This document shows, in pieces, positions 9,840 through 19,826 of a DNA stretch of 62,224 nucleotides. The position numbers and the translations under genes are program-made. The stretch is taken from IMG/VR virus record IMGVR_UViG_3300030331_005246, positions 1-62,224 of that record; one strand, written 5' to 3'. The notes below the pieces were generated by a model. That model was not told where the DNA came from. It worked only from the letters and a program-made list of their open reading frames with translations, and searched no databases. The stretch's first letter is position 1. Each line of letters opens with the position of its first letter. This DNA comes from a virus. Its lineage: Duplodnaviria > Caudoviricetes.

Positions 9840-10294
9840 TCGTAGTCTTTGGCAATTGCTCTTTGTGATTCTCCTTTTTTCAATCGCTCCATGATGATGG
9901 GATAATCCTCTGGCATTACCTTTGACGGTTTATAACAAGTTGATTGACTTGCTGATCCGATGCGAAGCTGATGCCTGGTGGTATCTGCCTGGCTTTTCCA
10001 CTCTAGGTTATCTGCATGGTTGTTTAATTTGTTTCCATCCTTGTGGTTAACCGTCAAAGAGTGATCGCCTTCTACCCAGGCCAAGGCGACTAGCCTATGG
10101 ATAGAAATTTTCTCGCGCTTTTTTTTATTCCAGAGAGATGTAACTAGATATCCAGTGTTGTCGCGTGTAAGTTTTCTCTCTTTTTCACAGGGATTACCTG
10201 CATAAGTTTTGATGCGCCGTACTTTGCCGCACCGAGACACTTCATAGACGCCCTCGTAACCGACGACAGCTTTCCATTCACACTCTGAAGACAC
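9740..10294 (-). CDS. NUMOD4-HNH homing endonuclease with C-terminal HTH
   Basis: WKAVVGYEGVYEVSRCGKVR (NUMOD4); IHRLVA...VNHKDGNKLNNHADNLEW (HNH_3); SQRAIAKDYECSQPLIS (HTH). Confidence 0.9.
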   Translation of the reverse strand: MSSECEWKAVVGYEGVYEVSRCGKVRRIKTYAGNPCEKERKLTRDNTGYLVTSLWNKKKREKISIHRLVALAWVEGDHSLTVNHKDGNKLNNHADNLEWKSQADTTRHQLRIGSASQSTCYKPSKVMPEDYPIIMERLKKGESQRAIAKDYECSQPLISWIKKNYVSTVSTSAGKLATIENVKP

Positions 10295-10961
10295 GTTTGG
10301 CGATCTCGTATTTGGCTACTCTATCGTCATAGCCCCGATAACCACCATTAATACGATAACAGCAGGCATCAAATCCTACTTCAAGACAGATATTAAGGAG
10401 GTTATTGTCTTCTATCCAGCAAAGAGCAGAGCGGAAAGGGTAATGATCAGCGGTGTAATTACAACCCCTTTCTAAAATCAAAGGATCGCTCAGACGCTCT
10501 GCGGCACGGGAGTAGTTGTACTTTCCAGTCAGCATCAGGACACCAGCACCTTTGTACTTAGGCCCATCACCAGGGGAGTCATTGCCAAGATCATCGCGCC
10601 ACTCATAGGCGCTGCCGTCTGCGATCTCTTTCATCCAACGAAAATCGCCAGTCTCATGCATTAAGTTTGCAACTAACATGGCAATGGCTTCATAGTGATT
10701 GTCAAAGCCAGTGGCCATCAAGAGCTTGTTGAAGTCACCGCAAAAAGTTGCATCGAACTTGTCAGCTGCGTAGCCGGTCAGCTGCTCCATGATTTCTGGA
10801 GTGATGATCTCATCCTTGGGGTTGGCAGGACCACCCCGGTAGATGCTGGCGAACTCATCGAGAACGCCATCGGATGTTTGTTTTTCTAGGAAATTCCAGG
10901 CTGCGATTTGATGTGGCTGCTCTCGGTAATACTTAGCAGCATTATTCAGGTTGATTGTCAC
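10278..10961 (-). CDS. GH19 chitinase-like endolysin
   Basis: HETGDFRWMKEI, GDGPKYKGAGVLMLTGKYNY and RINGGYRGYDDR GH19 motifs. Confidence 0.88.
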   Translation of the reverse strand: MTINLNNAAKYYREQPHQIAAWNFLEKQTSDGVLDEFASIYRGGPANPKDEIITPEIMEQLTGYAADKFDATFCGDFNKLLMATGFDNHYEAIAMLVANLMHETGDFRWMKEIADGSAYEWRDDLGNDSPGDGPKYKGAGVLMLTGKYNYSRAAERLSDPLILERGCNYTADHYPFRSALCWIEDNNLLNICLEVGFDACCYRINGGYRGYDDRVAKYEIAKRVFRV

Positions 10962-11175
10962 CTTCTGACTCCGTAGTTTCTGCTTTAAATTCTAATGTTT
11001 CAATCAAATTGCCGACTAATTGTCCAGCAAATTGAATAAGTGTTTGATCATTAGTGGCTTTTGCATTAGCAAAGGAATTGATAGCAGACACCAGCTCAGA
11101 TTTAGTGCAAGCGTTTTCGTTGCAGCTCATATGTTGCGTGTAATTCTTGTTAACTATAACAAGATTATTCTTCAA
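10942..11175 (-). CDS. hypothetical protein (probable start ATG 11130)
   Basis: ORF track; CTKSELVSAINSFANAKAT... Confidence 0.6.
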   Translation of the reverse strand: MKNNLVIVNKNYTQHMSCNENACTKSELVSAINSFANAKATNDQTLIQFAGQLVGNLIETLEFKAETTESEGDNQPE

Positions 11176-11548
11176 TGTCTGCGGTAGAAACCGAATCTTC
11201 CTCAGCGTCTGCGGTAGAAACTGAATCTTCCTCAGCGTCTGCGGTAGAAACTGAATCTTCCTCAGCGTCTGCGGTAGAAACTGAATCTTTCTCTTCTACT
11301 TGTTGATTTGCTTTGTAGGCTTCAATAATTTCTGGTGTCCAGAGTGCATTAGCAACCGTCTGTACTTCAGCAGGTTCTTTGCTGATGTCATCACCAGGGG
11401 ATACAACATGGCGGTGGTAACTACGTGCAATTTCTTTTTCGCCACGCATGACGACATCAGCGCGACGTACTTGGATGACGTAGGTGATTGGTAGGATTTC
11501 AAGTTGGTACTCGAAATGTTCGCTGAGTGTGTTATCGAGTAATGGCAT
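11165..11548 (-). CDS. tail-fibre-associated small protein with acidic tandem repeats
   Basis: Paralog of 7984..8256 (IQVRRADVVMRGEKEIARSYHRHVVSPGDD); C-terminal (DSVSTADAEE)x4. Confidence 0.75.
   Translation of the reverse strand: MPLLDNTLSEHFEYQLEILPITYVIQVRRADVVMRGEKEIARSYHRHVVSPGDDISKEPAEVQTVANALWTPEIIEAYKANQQVEEKDSVSTADAEEDSVSTADAEEDSVSTADAEEDSVSTADIEE
11177..11289. repeat. 30-bp in-frame tandem repeat, about 4 copies
   Basis: Unit GTCTGCGGTAGAAACTGAATCTTCCTCAGC. Confidence 0.95.
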
Positions 11549-11561
11549 TTTAGGGACTCCT

Positions 11562-14399
11562 TTAATTAGAACGATAGCTGAAAGTGGTGATGATATTTCC
11601 TTCAGCTGCCCAGGCTATTGTACTTCCTGCAGGTGATGTTGTGCTTGAATTGAATTGTCTACATTGTATAGTATTAACATTAGCACCCAGGAAAAGACAA
11701 GGGGTTGTATCTGAACTGATAGTAGAAACTTCTGTCATTATGGGAATCCAGCCAATGCCAAATGTGGCTTGATTAAAGTTGTTATAGGGTAAGCCTGTAA
11801 TTCTTAATCCTCCAGCTCCGCCGACTCCTGAATTCCACTGAACACGCATGTTGATAGTTACAACATTACCTATTTTTGTGTAAAATCCAAATCGCATACC
11901 GTAAGTAACTGAACCTGCTGTGGTATTTCCTATAACTGTCGGAGTAAAAGTTCCTTCTTCGTAGTCTTCAAGTGTTTTGCTGGTGACAGGGGCAACAGCA
12001 TTACCAAAGACAAGCCCATCGTTTATATTAACTGGACCAGCAAAAGCATGTCTGTCAGCTGTATAACTCACAGAACCTTCTACTGCACCACTATTTATAA
12101 GTGATCTACAAGTAATATCTGCAATTGCTTGATAACTGCCATCAAAATAAGCTCGCCACTCAATTTTTCCAGTACGGTCATTATTCTGGACAGGTGCTAT
12201 AGTCCCAGATCCGCCTCTAGACTTTTCAAAAAGGAGTTTAGGTTCATTCCCATTATTTACATTTGTTTGGACTGTAATTGCGTTAGAAGAAGTTGTAGAG
12301 CTAAGGGCAATATTACCACTAGAAACATTTAATGCAGTTGTGCGAATGTCTCCATTAACATCTAACGTTGCATTGGGAGTTAATTTGTTAATAGCGACTT
12401 TCTGATCAGCTGTAAAAGTTGCAACGCACTGGTTAAGACCAGTTTGAGAGCCTGTAGCTATCTGCATGAAAGCGTCGGTTTCGTCGCCGCCTGCAGGCCT
12501 TTGTCCTATAATTCTGCAGCCGATTTGGTTTTCAAACGTCCAAGTAATTGCTCTACTGCGGCTAGAGGTGTTATCTGAAGAATTTTCTAATATCCGGCTA
12601 CCCGCTCTAATAGTTCCATTAACATCTAACTTTTCCTGCGGATCAGTATTATTGATACCGACACGTCCGCCATCTCTGATGTTCACATATTGATTGGTTC
12701 CTTTGCCGAAAGAAAGCATTGGATTGGAGGGCGTATCAGAACCGCCAATCCCCCCAAAGGCCATGTAGCCCATCAAAGTCCCGTCAACTTTACGTTGAAT
12801 CTTGTGAAATACAGTGGGCCACGTATTGCCGTTAGTTTCTCTTTCTGAAATAAAGTTTATTGCGTCTAGGTTAGTTGTTCTTACATTTACACTCAGTGTT
12901 GTTATTGAATCGCCAGCTGTTTCTCCTAGAGTGCCACCACCAACATCTAGCTTTGTCAGTGGATTATTTACGCCAATACCGACCCTGCCGGTCCTGGTGA
13001 TCCGCATTACATGATCGGCTGGGGCTACAGTAGTCGCGGTGTTGTCATTGTTTAGCAGAAAAGCCAGGTCACATCTTCCGTTACTGCCTGTGTTGATAAC
13101 CTGAAGGGCAGCTTTGGGATTGGCAGACTTGCCAAAATAAATCTGTCGGGTTGTTCCGCTTCCATCATTTGATGGAGTTCTTACCATAAGGTCTCCAACT
13201 ACGTCCAGCCTGTGTAGTGGCGAGCTTGTATTGATGCCGACATTGCCGTCGCCAGTAACTCTGAATTTTTCATTTACAGATCCAGTAGCTAGCTTGTTTC
13301 TGACGACAAACGCATTAACACCGGCTATTCCGATATAAAGGTTATTTCCTTCGCTAGACCCAAAACGCAGAAGAGACTGATCCGTTGTCGAGGTAAGTCT
13401 GGCTACGGTTCCACTGTTGGACTCTACCTCTAGCTTCTGGGTTGGAGCATCCGTGCCAATACCCACATTACCGAATGCGTCTATACGCATCTTTTCGCTG
13501 TCGGCGTTAAAAGTGCCTCTACTATGAAAAACTATAGGGGAGCCGAGGGATCCGTTTGAAGAGATAATATTGAAAGCAGAGTCGCCAGATACAGCCCCTG
13601 ATGCAGGCCCAACTTCTTTTACAAATGTCGCTTCAGATTGACCCGGTGCGGTAGATTGAACAGCTGACAGGGTTATTGATGCATCGGCTCCGTTTTCTGA
13701 TACATGTAATTTCACCTGTGGATCGTTCGTGCCAATGCCGACGTCGCCTCCAGGCAGGATAGTTATTTGATCTGTTTCAGAACCATTATTACCAGAAAGG
13801 AATTGAAATTTGCCGCTGCTTCGATTAAATTGAAGTATTCTATTGCCAAGCGTTTGACCCGTCCTGTTGTTGCCAAACTGTATATTTGACGTTGCAGATT
13901 TGCCTTCAATTAAAACACTGTCAGAGGTTCTACCAAAATAAGCAGAAACTTGAGTTGAATTAAAGACGTCAAGCTCTCCCTGTGGATCATCCGTGCCAAT
14001 GCCGACGTTGCCGTCAATACTTAGTCCACCACCGCCGGTAATATCTTGCTGCGTTCCACCATCATTGAGTTTCACGTAGCCAACCAGACCAGTGGCAATT
14101 AGTTCACCGTTTACTGTTAAATCGCCACTGACTGTCGCATCGTTTTGAACAATAAGTCCACTGGTGATGGTAATTCCCGAAACAGTGTTATCACTTTCAA
14201 TAACACTGTTTCCAGAGACGAGCAGATCTCCTGAAATTGAAGCGTTGCCTTCTATTTCTGCGTTACCTTGGACAACGACATCACCACTGAATGTAGGGCT
14301 GTTGACTAAGCTAGAGACAGTAATAGTTGCGTTAGCTTCAGGACTAACACCTGTTGTATACGTAATAAAGTCGACACGTACTTCACCGTATTGGGCCAT
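11562..14399 (-). CDS. long tail fibre protein
   Basis: Repeated GNVGIGTxxPxxKLxV motifs; C-terminal LEDYEEGTFTP...GFYTKIGNVV domain. Confidence 0.88.
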   Translation of the reverse strand: MAQYGEVRVDFITYTTGVSPEANATITVSSLVNSPTFSGDVVVQGNAEIEGNASISGDLLVSGNSVIESDNTVSGITITSGLIVQNDATVSGDLTVNGELIATGLVGYVKLNDGGTQQDITGGGGLSIDGNVGIGTDDPQGELDVFNSTQVSAYFGRTSDSVLIEGKSATSNIQFGNNRTGQTLGNRILQFNRSSGKFQFLSGNNGSETDQITILPGGDVGIGTNDPQVKLHVSENGADASITLSAVQSTAPGQSEATFVKEVGPASGAVSGDSAFNIISSNGSLGSPIVFHSRGTFNADSEKMRIDAFGNVGIGTDAPTQKLEVESNSGTVARLTSTTDQSLLRFGSSEGNNLYIGIAGVNAFVVRNKLATGSVNEKFRVTGDGNVGINTSSPLHRLDVVGDLMVRTPSNDGSGTTRQIYFGKSANPKAALQVINTGSNGRCDLAFLLNNDNTATTVAPADHVMRITRTGRVGIGVNNPLTKLDVGGGTLGETAGDSITTLSVNVRTTNLDAINFISERETNGNTWPTVFHKIQRKVDGTLMGYMAFGGIGGSDTPSNPMLSFGKGTNQYVNIRDGGRVGINNTDPQEKLDVNGTIRAGSRILENSSDNTSSRSRAITWTFENQIGCRIIGQRPAGGDETDAFMQIATGSQTGLNQCVATFTADQKVAINKLTPNATLDVNGDIRTTALNVSSGNIALSSTTSSNAITVQTNVNNGNEPKLLFEKSRGGSGTIAPVQNNDRTGKIEWRAYFDGSYQAIADITCRSLINSGAVEGSVSYTADRHAFAGPVNINDGLVFGNAVAPVTSKTLEDYEEGTFTPTVIGNTTAGSVTYGMRFGFYTKIGNVVTINMRVQWNSGVGGAGGLRITGLPYNNFNQATFGIGWIPIMTEVSTISSDTTPCLFLGANVNTIQCRQFNSSTTSPAGSTIAWAAEGNIITTFSYRSN

Positions 14400-14432
14400 G
14401 ATTATCTAGCTCTTAACATAGATAAATTCATT

Positions 14433-16457
14433 CTACTGGTAGTTGCCCCATATAGTTAATACCATGCGTCCTGCACTTGTTCCGGTGCCTGATTCCAATG
14501 TCATACCAGGTGATCCATTAACTGAATGGGTCATGGCATTACCTGCTTGATTCAGGATGCCCATGGATGGATCAGCTGTAAATGCAAAGCCAGGTGCACC
14601 CACGGTTCCAAAAGGCGCAAGGATTTGTCCATCATTAACTGAAAGACCGTCTTGAATAACTCCGCTGCCACTGACGAATGTGTTGCCACTGACAGTAAGG
14701 TCATTTGAAACTATTAATCCGTTGTTGAGTATAGCTGAATTGTTGATAATTAAGCTATCAAAATTAGCATTAGTGCCGTTGACTTGAATAGCATTAAATG
14801 TAGATCCAGTTAAGGTCGTTATTGTTCCATTGGCTGCATTTAAGTTTGTGAATTGTCCAGCGGTGCCTGTAATCGTTATACCACTAATCAGTGTGCCTCT
14901 GATTTGTCCACCGGTAATATCGTTGCAATTAATAGCACCTGCAACGTCAAGTGTCCCACCTAGATTTGTGGATCCTGAAACACCTAAGTTACCGCTGACT
15001 GTAAGGTTATCTGTTGTTAAATCATCGAAGACGATATCACCACTGACATCAAGGTTGCCGCTGATGACTAAATCATTTTCGATATAGCCACTACTAATAA
15101 CTAAGCTATCAATTCCACTTATTGAAGTATTGCCATCACCGGTAATGTTGCCGCTGGTAATACTAAGGTTGCCACTGATTGATGTGTCGCCTCCAATATC
15201 AACTGCTCCATCAATTTCAGCGGTTCCGCTAACAGCAAGGTTACCGCTAACAGTTGTATTACCAGTAAGAATAGTGATGCCATCAACAACAAGATCGTTG
15301 CCGACTTGTAGATCATTACCGACATTTGTATTACCTGTAATTGTTGCGTTGCCATTAACAAGTAGACCTGTAAATGTTGCTGATCCACCGGAGAATGTAG
15401 GTGCTGTGACGATCGTGTCGAACGTTCCACTTTGACCTGTGAAGGTGGTTCCTGAAGTTAAGCCTGAAACGTATAAATCAAATCCGATAAAACCAGATCC
15501 GCTTGGTAGTAAAAAATTTTCAAGAACTTCTAAGTTACCACTGATCTGTTGGTCACCAGAGAATGCAAGTTCTGTTGCATTAAGTGTGGTGACATTAATT
15601 AGACTAAAGTTTCCTGTATCTCCTGTAATTGTTTGACCAGAAAATTGAATAAACTCACCTGAGTTAGCTGTGATGTGATCAGCAGTAATATCATCAACAA
15701 CGAGGTCGCCTGAAATATTGATGTCTTGAGTGACAGTTAAGCTTTCAAAAATACCAGTGGTTGCTAATACTTCAGTACCAGTAATCGTTGTGCCTGAAAT
15801 TATACCTGTAGCATTAATATCATTTGCATTAATAGTGCCACTTGCATTGAAATCACCTGTAATTGTGATGCCACTTACAGTAATGTTTTGAATATCAAGT
15901 TCAGTTATGTTTGCAACATCTGCTTGCAGGTTATCAAACGTGCCAGTGACAAAACTAATAGTAGTGCCTGTGGCAAATTGTGTGAATGTCCTTTCAAAGT
16001 TTCCGCTGACGAAGTTAGCAGTAGTGCCTGAAAGTGTTGATTGGACAAAAGCATTGCCTTGAACTTCTAAACCATCAGTGGTAACAAACACACAATCAAT
16101 AAATTGTGCGTCAATGTTTCCACCGATGTTGGCATCACCGGATGTAGAGATATTTCCACTGACATCTAGGCTCTGCCCAATATTTACATTACCGCTGAAG
16201 TTGACAGGTCCAGTAAAAAAGGAGCTGCCACTTACAAGTAGGTTCCCAGATACAATTGCATTGGGTACAATGATCGGGTCGATTTCATTGGTGTTGACGT
16301 AATATGTATCTAGATATTGTCTGAATTCTGTAAAGGTAATTTTTTTATTTCTAAGAGCAGGGTCAATTTCAAAGACACTGACGGTTGTCAATAGATCCTG
16401 ATCTACAATCTGTCCCGCCGTAACGGGAGGAAATTGTGTAATTCTTCTATTAGGCAC
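14433..16457 (-). CDS. tail/fibre structural protein with SG-rich beta-helix-like repeats
   Basis: N-terminal RRITQFP..., NKKITF; many VSGNL/ISG repeats; adjacent to the fibre gene. Confidence 0.75.
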   Translation of the reverse strand: MPNRRITQFPPVTAGQIVDQDLLTTVSVFEIDPALRNKKITFTEFRQYLDTYYVNTNEIDPIIVPNAIVSGNLLVSGSSFFTGPVNFSGNVNIGQSLDVSGNISTSGDANIGGNIDAQFIDCVFVTTDGLEVQGNAFVQSTLSGTTANFVSGNFERTFTQFATGTTISFVTGTFDNLQADVANITELDIQNITVSGITITGDFNASGTINANDINATGIISGTTITGTEVLATTGIFESLTVTQDINISGDLVVDDITADHITANSGEFIQFSGQTITGDTGNFSLINVTTLNATELAFSGDQQISGNLEVLENFLLPSGSGFIGFDLYVSGLTSGTTFTGQSGTFDTIVTAPTFSGGSATFTGLLVNGNATITGNTNVGNDLQVGNDLVVDGITILTGNTTVSGNLAVSGTAEIDGAVDIGGDTSISGNLSITSGNITGDGNTSISGIDSLVISSGYIENDLVISGNLDVSGDIVFDDLTTDNLTVSGNLGVSGSTNLGGTLDVAGAINCNDITGGQIRGTLISGITITGTAGQFTNLNAANGTITTLTGSTFNAIQVNGTNANFDSLIINNSAILNNGLIVSNDLTVSGNTFVSGSGVIQDGLSVNDGQILAPFGTVGAPGFAFTADPSMGILNQAGNAMTHSVNGSPGMTLESGTGTSAGRMVLTIWGNYQ

Positions 16458-16496
16458 CCTGCTCTACCCTAGACCATAACCCAATTATAGGCCTGG

Positions 16497-16940
16497 TTAC
16501 TTCTCTCTAATTTCTAGTCGTGGTAAAACATCTGTTGCCAAAGTCCAGATGGCTTGGACACCAAGTATGCCACCGATTGATAAGGCAAAGACCAGGATGA
16601 TTTCTGCGACTGTTAGATTACGTCGTACATAAACCACTTTGGGTTGTGGTTGCAGTTCTTGTGGGTCCTCTGCTACTACCTCTCTTGCATCACCGACACC
16701 TAAACGTGCTGCTTGTGCTGCTGTTACCTGGGCAACTGCTTGCTTGTATGCGAGATCTCTCATGGCCCGAAAATCAGGCATTGGTGCCTGCGTAGGGGAA
16801 GCAGCCGGTTGTTGTAATCGTTGGTCAAATTCTGCGGGGTTGTTGTATCTTGGCCCCTGCGGATTCTGATAATAGTTCCCATCTGTTGGCAAACTACCAG
16901 GCGTTACATATTCCTGACTAGATGGGACTTGATCTTCCAT
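16497..16940 (-). CDS. hypothetical membrane protein
   Basis: C-terminal hydrophobic helix IILVFALSIGGILGVQAIW. Confidence 0.65.
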   Translation of the reverse strand: MEDQVPSSQEYVTPGSLPTDGNYYQNPQGPRYNNPAEFDQRLQQPAASPTQAPMPDFRAMRDLAYKQAVAQVTAAQAARLGVGDAREVVAEDPQELQPQPKVVYVRRNLTVAEIILVFALSIGGILGVQAIWTLATDVLPRLEIREK

Positions 16941-16986
16941 TATTAAAGCTGTATGTTTATTGAAACTGTAGCATTATTTTTAGACT

Positions 16987-17409
16987 ATGGCGGAAGATAA
17001 GGTCTTGGAGGTTATTGCTCTGGAGCTTAAGGGTATCAAACATATCCTTGCCTCTATTTGGCATTCAAAATATAGTAATGATGAGACAAACCAGGTAAGT
17101 CCAGAGATCTATGCGGATGAGTACATCTCGACTGCAGAGTGTGCCAAACGGTTAGGTGTCACAGATCAGACAATCCGTAACTGGATTCTTCAAGGGAAAA
17201 AGAAAGGGGATAAGTTTTCACCTGGTTGCTGGATACAAGGGGTTCATTACATCACATTCCCAATGGGTAATAAGAAACAGATTGTTCGTATTCCTTGGAA
17301 CAACTTAATTACAACCTTTCACAAAGGTCCTGAGGCTTCCTTACGTACATTCGACAAAAAGGGTAAGCATCTTTATGAAGAAGACCTGACGATTCAGCAG
17401 GGAACTTGA
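16987..17409 (+). CDS. helix-turn-helix DNA-binding protein (excisionase/MerR-like)
   Basis: YISTAECAKRLGVTDQTIRNWI. Confidence 0.8.
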   Translation: MAEDKVLEVIALELKGIKHILASIWHSKYSNDETNQVSPEIYADEYISTAECAKRLGVTDQTIRNWILQGKKKGDKFSPGCWIQGVHYITFPMGNKKQIVRIPWNNLITTFHKGPEASLRTFDKKGKHLYEEDLTIQQGT

Positions 17410-17410
17410 T

Positions 17411-17872
17411 ATGCCGCATCGTTTTGATAATATAGATATCGCAAAAATCACTGTAGAAAATTACGCAGATCACTTACCAGGATCTCTAAAGCTCCAGGTG
17501 GATTCTTTCATTCCACCTTTAGGTTCGTTTGACACGCCTACCTTACAGCGATACATCAAGATGATCCGTGAGTTTGAGGTTGAGGATCCCAATAGCAATA
17601 TGACACTGGCTAATCGTTTGCGTCTTGCCTTTGTCAATATGGTGCCAGATACGATTTGTAGTCGATTTCCTAATGCAGATCTACCTTTAAAACGAAGGCT
17701 ACGTTGTGTCGCTGAATACCTGATTCGCTCTGGTGAGTTTCAAAAGATGCGAGATGAGGATGGCAAGTTAATTAAAAGACGAGGTGCACTTGGCAAGATG
17801 GTTGTTATCTATGAGCCACTTCCTAAAATGCTGGTAACATTACAAAAGCAAAAGTTACTGTCCAATGAATGA
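17411..17872 (+). CDS. hypothetical protein
   Basis: ORF in a tightly coupled operon. Confidence 0.7.
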   Translation: MPHRFDNIDIAKITVENYADHLPGSLKLQVDSFIPPLGSFDTPTLQRYIKMIREFEVEDPNSNMTLANRLRLAFVNMVPDTICSRFPNADLPLKRRLRCVAEYLIRSGEFQKMRDEDGKLIKRRGALGKMVVIYEPLPKMLVTLQKQKLLSNE

Positions 17873-18236
17873 TCGTAGAGAGAAGTTATTAGAAGCTGTA
17901 TGTGGTAAGAACTTAGACGAGAATAGTGCTCGTTATGCTGAAGCAGTTACCAAGATTATCTTGGGTGATATGAAAGGGTTCTACCAAAAGCTTTGGCAGG
18001 CTAAAGGTCCAGGAGTGATGGTGTTGTGTCCGAATAGTGAAAAGTCGATGTTCTGGCTGACTTTCGAGGAGCTGAATGTGATTAGTGAAAAAGAGGAGGG
18101 TGAAGTTGCCGAGACCTTTAAGACAATTTTAGAATCGGCACAGAAGATTGATCCTGAATCTGCCGCTGGTTACCTCATCCAGGACCACCAGGGCATGCGT
18201 TATTTCCAGCCGGATTACAACCGCATCACAGAATAA
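17865..18236 (+). CDS. hypothetical protein
   Basis: Overlaps both neighbours. Confidence 0.7.
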   Translation: MNDRREKLLEAVCGKNLDENSARYAEAVTKIILGDMKGFYQKLWQAKGPGVMVLCPNSEKSMFWLTFEELNVISEKEEGEVAETFKTILESAQKIDPESAAGYLIQDHQGMRYFQPDYNRITE

Positions 18237-18829
18237 TGCCTGTACCGATTGGTAATTCTCAACGAGAAGATTATGAGTGGATCACAAACCGAGACTTAAT
18301 AGACTCAGCACATTTACTCATGGGTCGCATTGATCTTGATCCAGCGAGCAGCAAGAAGGCTAATGAGTATGTTGGTGCAAGAGATTTTTTTGCTCCACAG
18401 GATGATGGGTTAAATGATCAACAGTGGTACGGGAGAGTGTATGTGTTTCCTCCACGTAATACATACTTTTGGGATCGGAAGAATGATTGCTGGACTCCTA
18501 CCCGTGGCATGTCGCCTAGCTTGACTTCAGGTCATGCTGCCTGGTGGCGCACTTTAAAAAAGAAATGGTTAGCCCGTGAGATCAAGGAGGCTGTCTTCTT
18601 TACCAATTTTGCAGACACGATTATGTACAACCAGGATATGTTTGATTTTCCTGTCTGCATAATGAAGAGCCGACCCACACTTCTGCGTCATTATTTTAAT
18701 GAAGGCAAAGTAGAACGTAAGCGCACAGGAACTTCTTTAATTGTCTACTTACAATCGATGGACAATATAGAAGAAGGCACACAGAATTTCATTGATATCT
18801 ACTCTGAAAAGGGCAGAATCCTGGTGTAG
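18236..18829 (+). CDS. phage Dam-like N6-adenine DNA methyltransferase homolog with an atypical catalytic motif
   Basis: EWIT, IDLDPASS..AN, DDGL..QW.GRVY; FPPR where NPPY is expected. Confidence 0.65.
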   Translation: MPVPIGNSQREDYEWITNRDLIDSAHLLMGRIDLDPASSKKANEYVGARDFFAPQDDGLNDQQWYGRVYVFPPRNTYFWDRKNDCWTPTRGMSPSLTSGHAAWWRTLKKKWLAREIKEAVFFTNFADTIMYNQDMFDFPVCIMKSRPTLLRHYFNEGKVERKRTGTSLIVYLQSMDNIEEGTQNFIDIYSEKGRILV

Positions 18830-18852
18830 ATTATTAAAACTGAAGAAGAATT

Positions 18853-19440
18853 ATGTCTTTACTAAGTGATACGCAGATCATGGAACGCGCACTTAAGGGA
18901 ATGATTGACCCTTTTGTTCATAGACTAGTGAGGAAAGATGATCACGGTTCAGTTCTTAGCTATGGATTATCGTCTTATGGATACGATATTCGTCTGTCTC
19001 CAAATCAGTGTCTGCTTTTTGGTGGGGTACAGCACGGCGTCTGTGATCCTAAAGACTTTGATCCCGACATCCTGAAGGAGACCGAGTTACATGAAGATGA
19101 GCGAGGCAAGTATTTTATTCTCCCTCCTTATGGTTACTGTCTTGGCGTTGCTGTTGAACGACTCGATCTACCACGTGACATCACTGTTGTCGCTGTAGGT
19201 AAAAGTACGTATGCCAGGGCTGGAATTTTGGTCAACATCACCCCAGCTGAAGCAGGCTGGGAAGGGCATCTGACATTAGAGATCAGTAATTGCACCCCAT
19301 TGTTTAATCGAATTTATGCCAATGAAGGCATTTGTCAGCTGTTGTTTTACCAGGGGGATGATCCGTGTACTCTTACCTACAAGGATCGTAAGGGAAAATA
19401 TCAGAATCAATCTGCTGAAGTAACATTAGCTAAAGCTTAG
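18853..19440 (+). CDS. dcd: dCTP deaminase
   Basis: LSYGLSSYGYDIRL, GKSTYARAGILVNITPAEAGWEGHLTLEISN, YANEGICQLLF, YKDRKGKYQNQ. Confidence 0.95.
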   Translation: MSLLSDTQIMERALKGMIDPFVHRLVRKDDHGSVLSYGLSSYGYDIRLSPNQCLLFGGVQHGVCDPKDFDPDILKETELHEDERGKYFILPPYGYCLGVAVERLDLPRDITVVAVGKSTYARAGILVNITPAEAGWEGHLTLEISNCTPLFNRIYANEGICQLLFYQGDDPCTLTYKDRKGKYQNQSAEVTLAKA

Positions 19441-19782
19441 TTACAGCATCCGACTATCAGCTTGAGGTTTATCTGCGTAATTAGTGCTACCTCTTCTGCC
19501 AAATCGATCACCCTCGATAATGGCTGGAGTTTGTCCTTGTAAATCTGTAAATGGTTCATCGTATTGCCTCTTCGTCCTGTACTTCCCAGCGGCTTTTGCT
19601 GCTTTCAATGACCTTGCAACACGACGCTGCTTGCCTTCGTTGCGAGTGCCCGCAACACGGGCGGTGCGCTGTGAGTCCTCATCGAAGCGACGAATATCTA
19701 CATCATATAAACGTTCAGGATTAAGGTCGTCTATACCACCAGCTGACGAGCCTCTCCGTTCGTCGGGGTCAGGAAGAACCAT
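19441..19782 (-). CDS. hypothetical protein
   Basis: ORF track; convergent with dcd. Confidence 0.6.
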   Translation of the reverse strand: MVLPDPDERRGSSAGGIDDLNPERLYDVDIRRFDEDSQRTARVAGTRNEGKQRRVARSLKAAKAAGKYRTKRQYDEPFTDLQGQTPAIIEGDRFGRRGSTNYADKPQADSRML

Positions 19783-19826
19783 CGTGTTGCATCACTTATA
19801 ATGTAGTTTAAATCAGGACAATATTC

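Noticed and set aside
8328-14399. Diversity-generating retroelement acting on the fibre C-termini
   Set aside because: No reverse transcriptase, and no near-identical TR/VR pair differing at adenines was seen.
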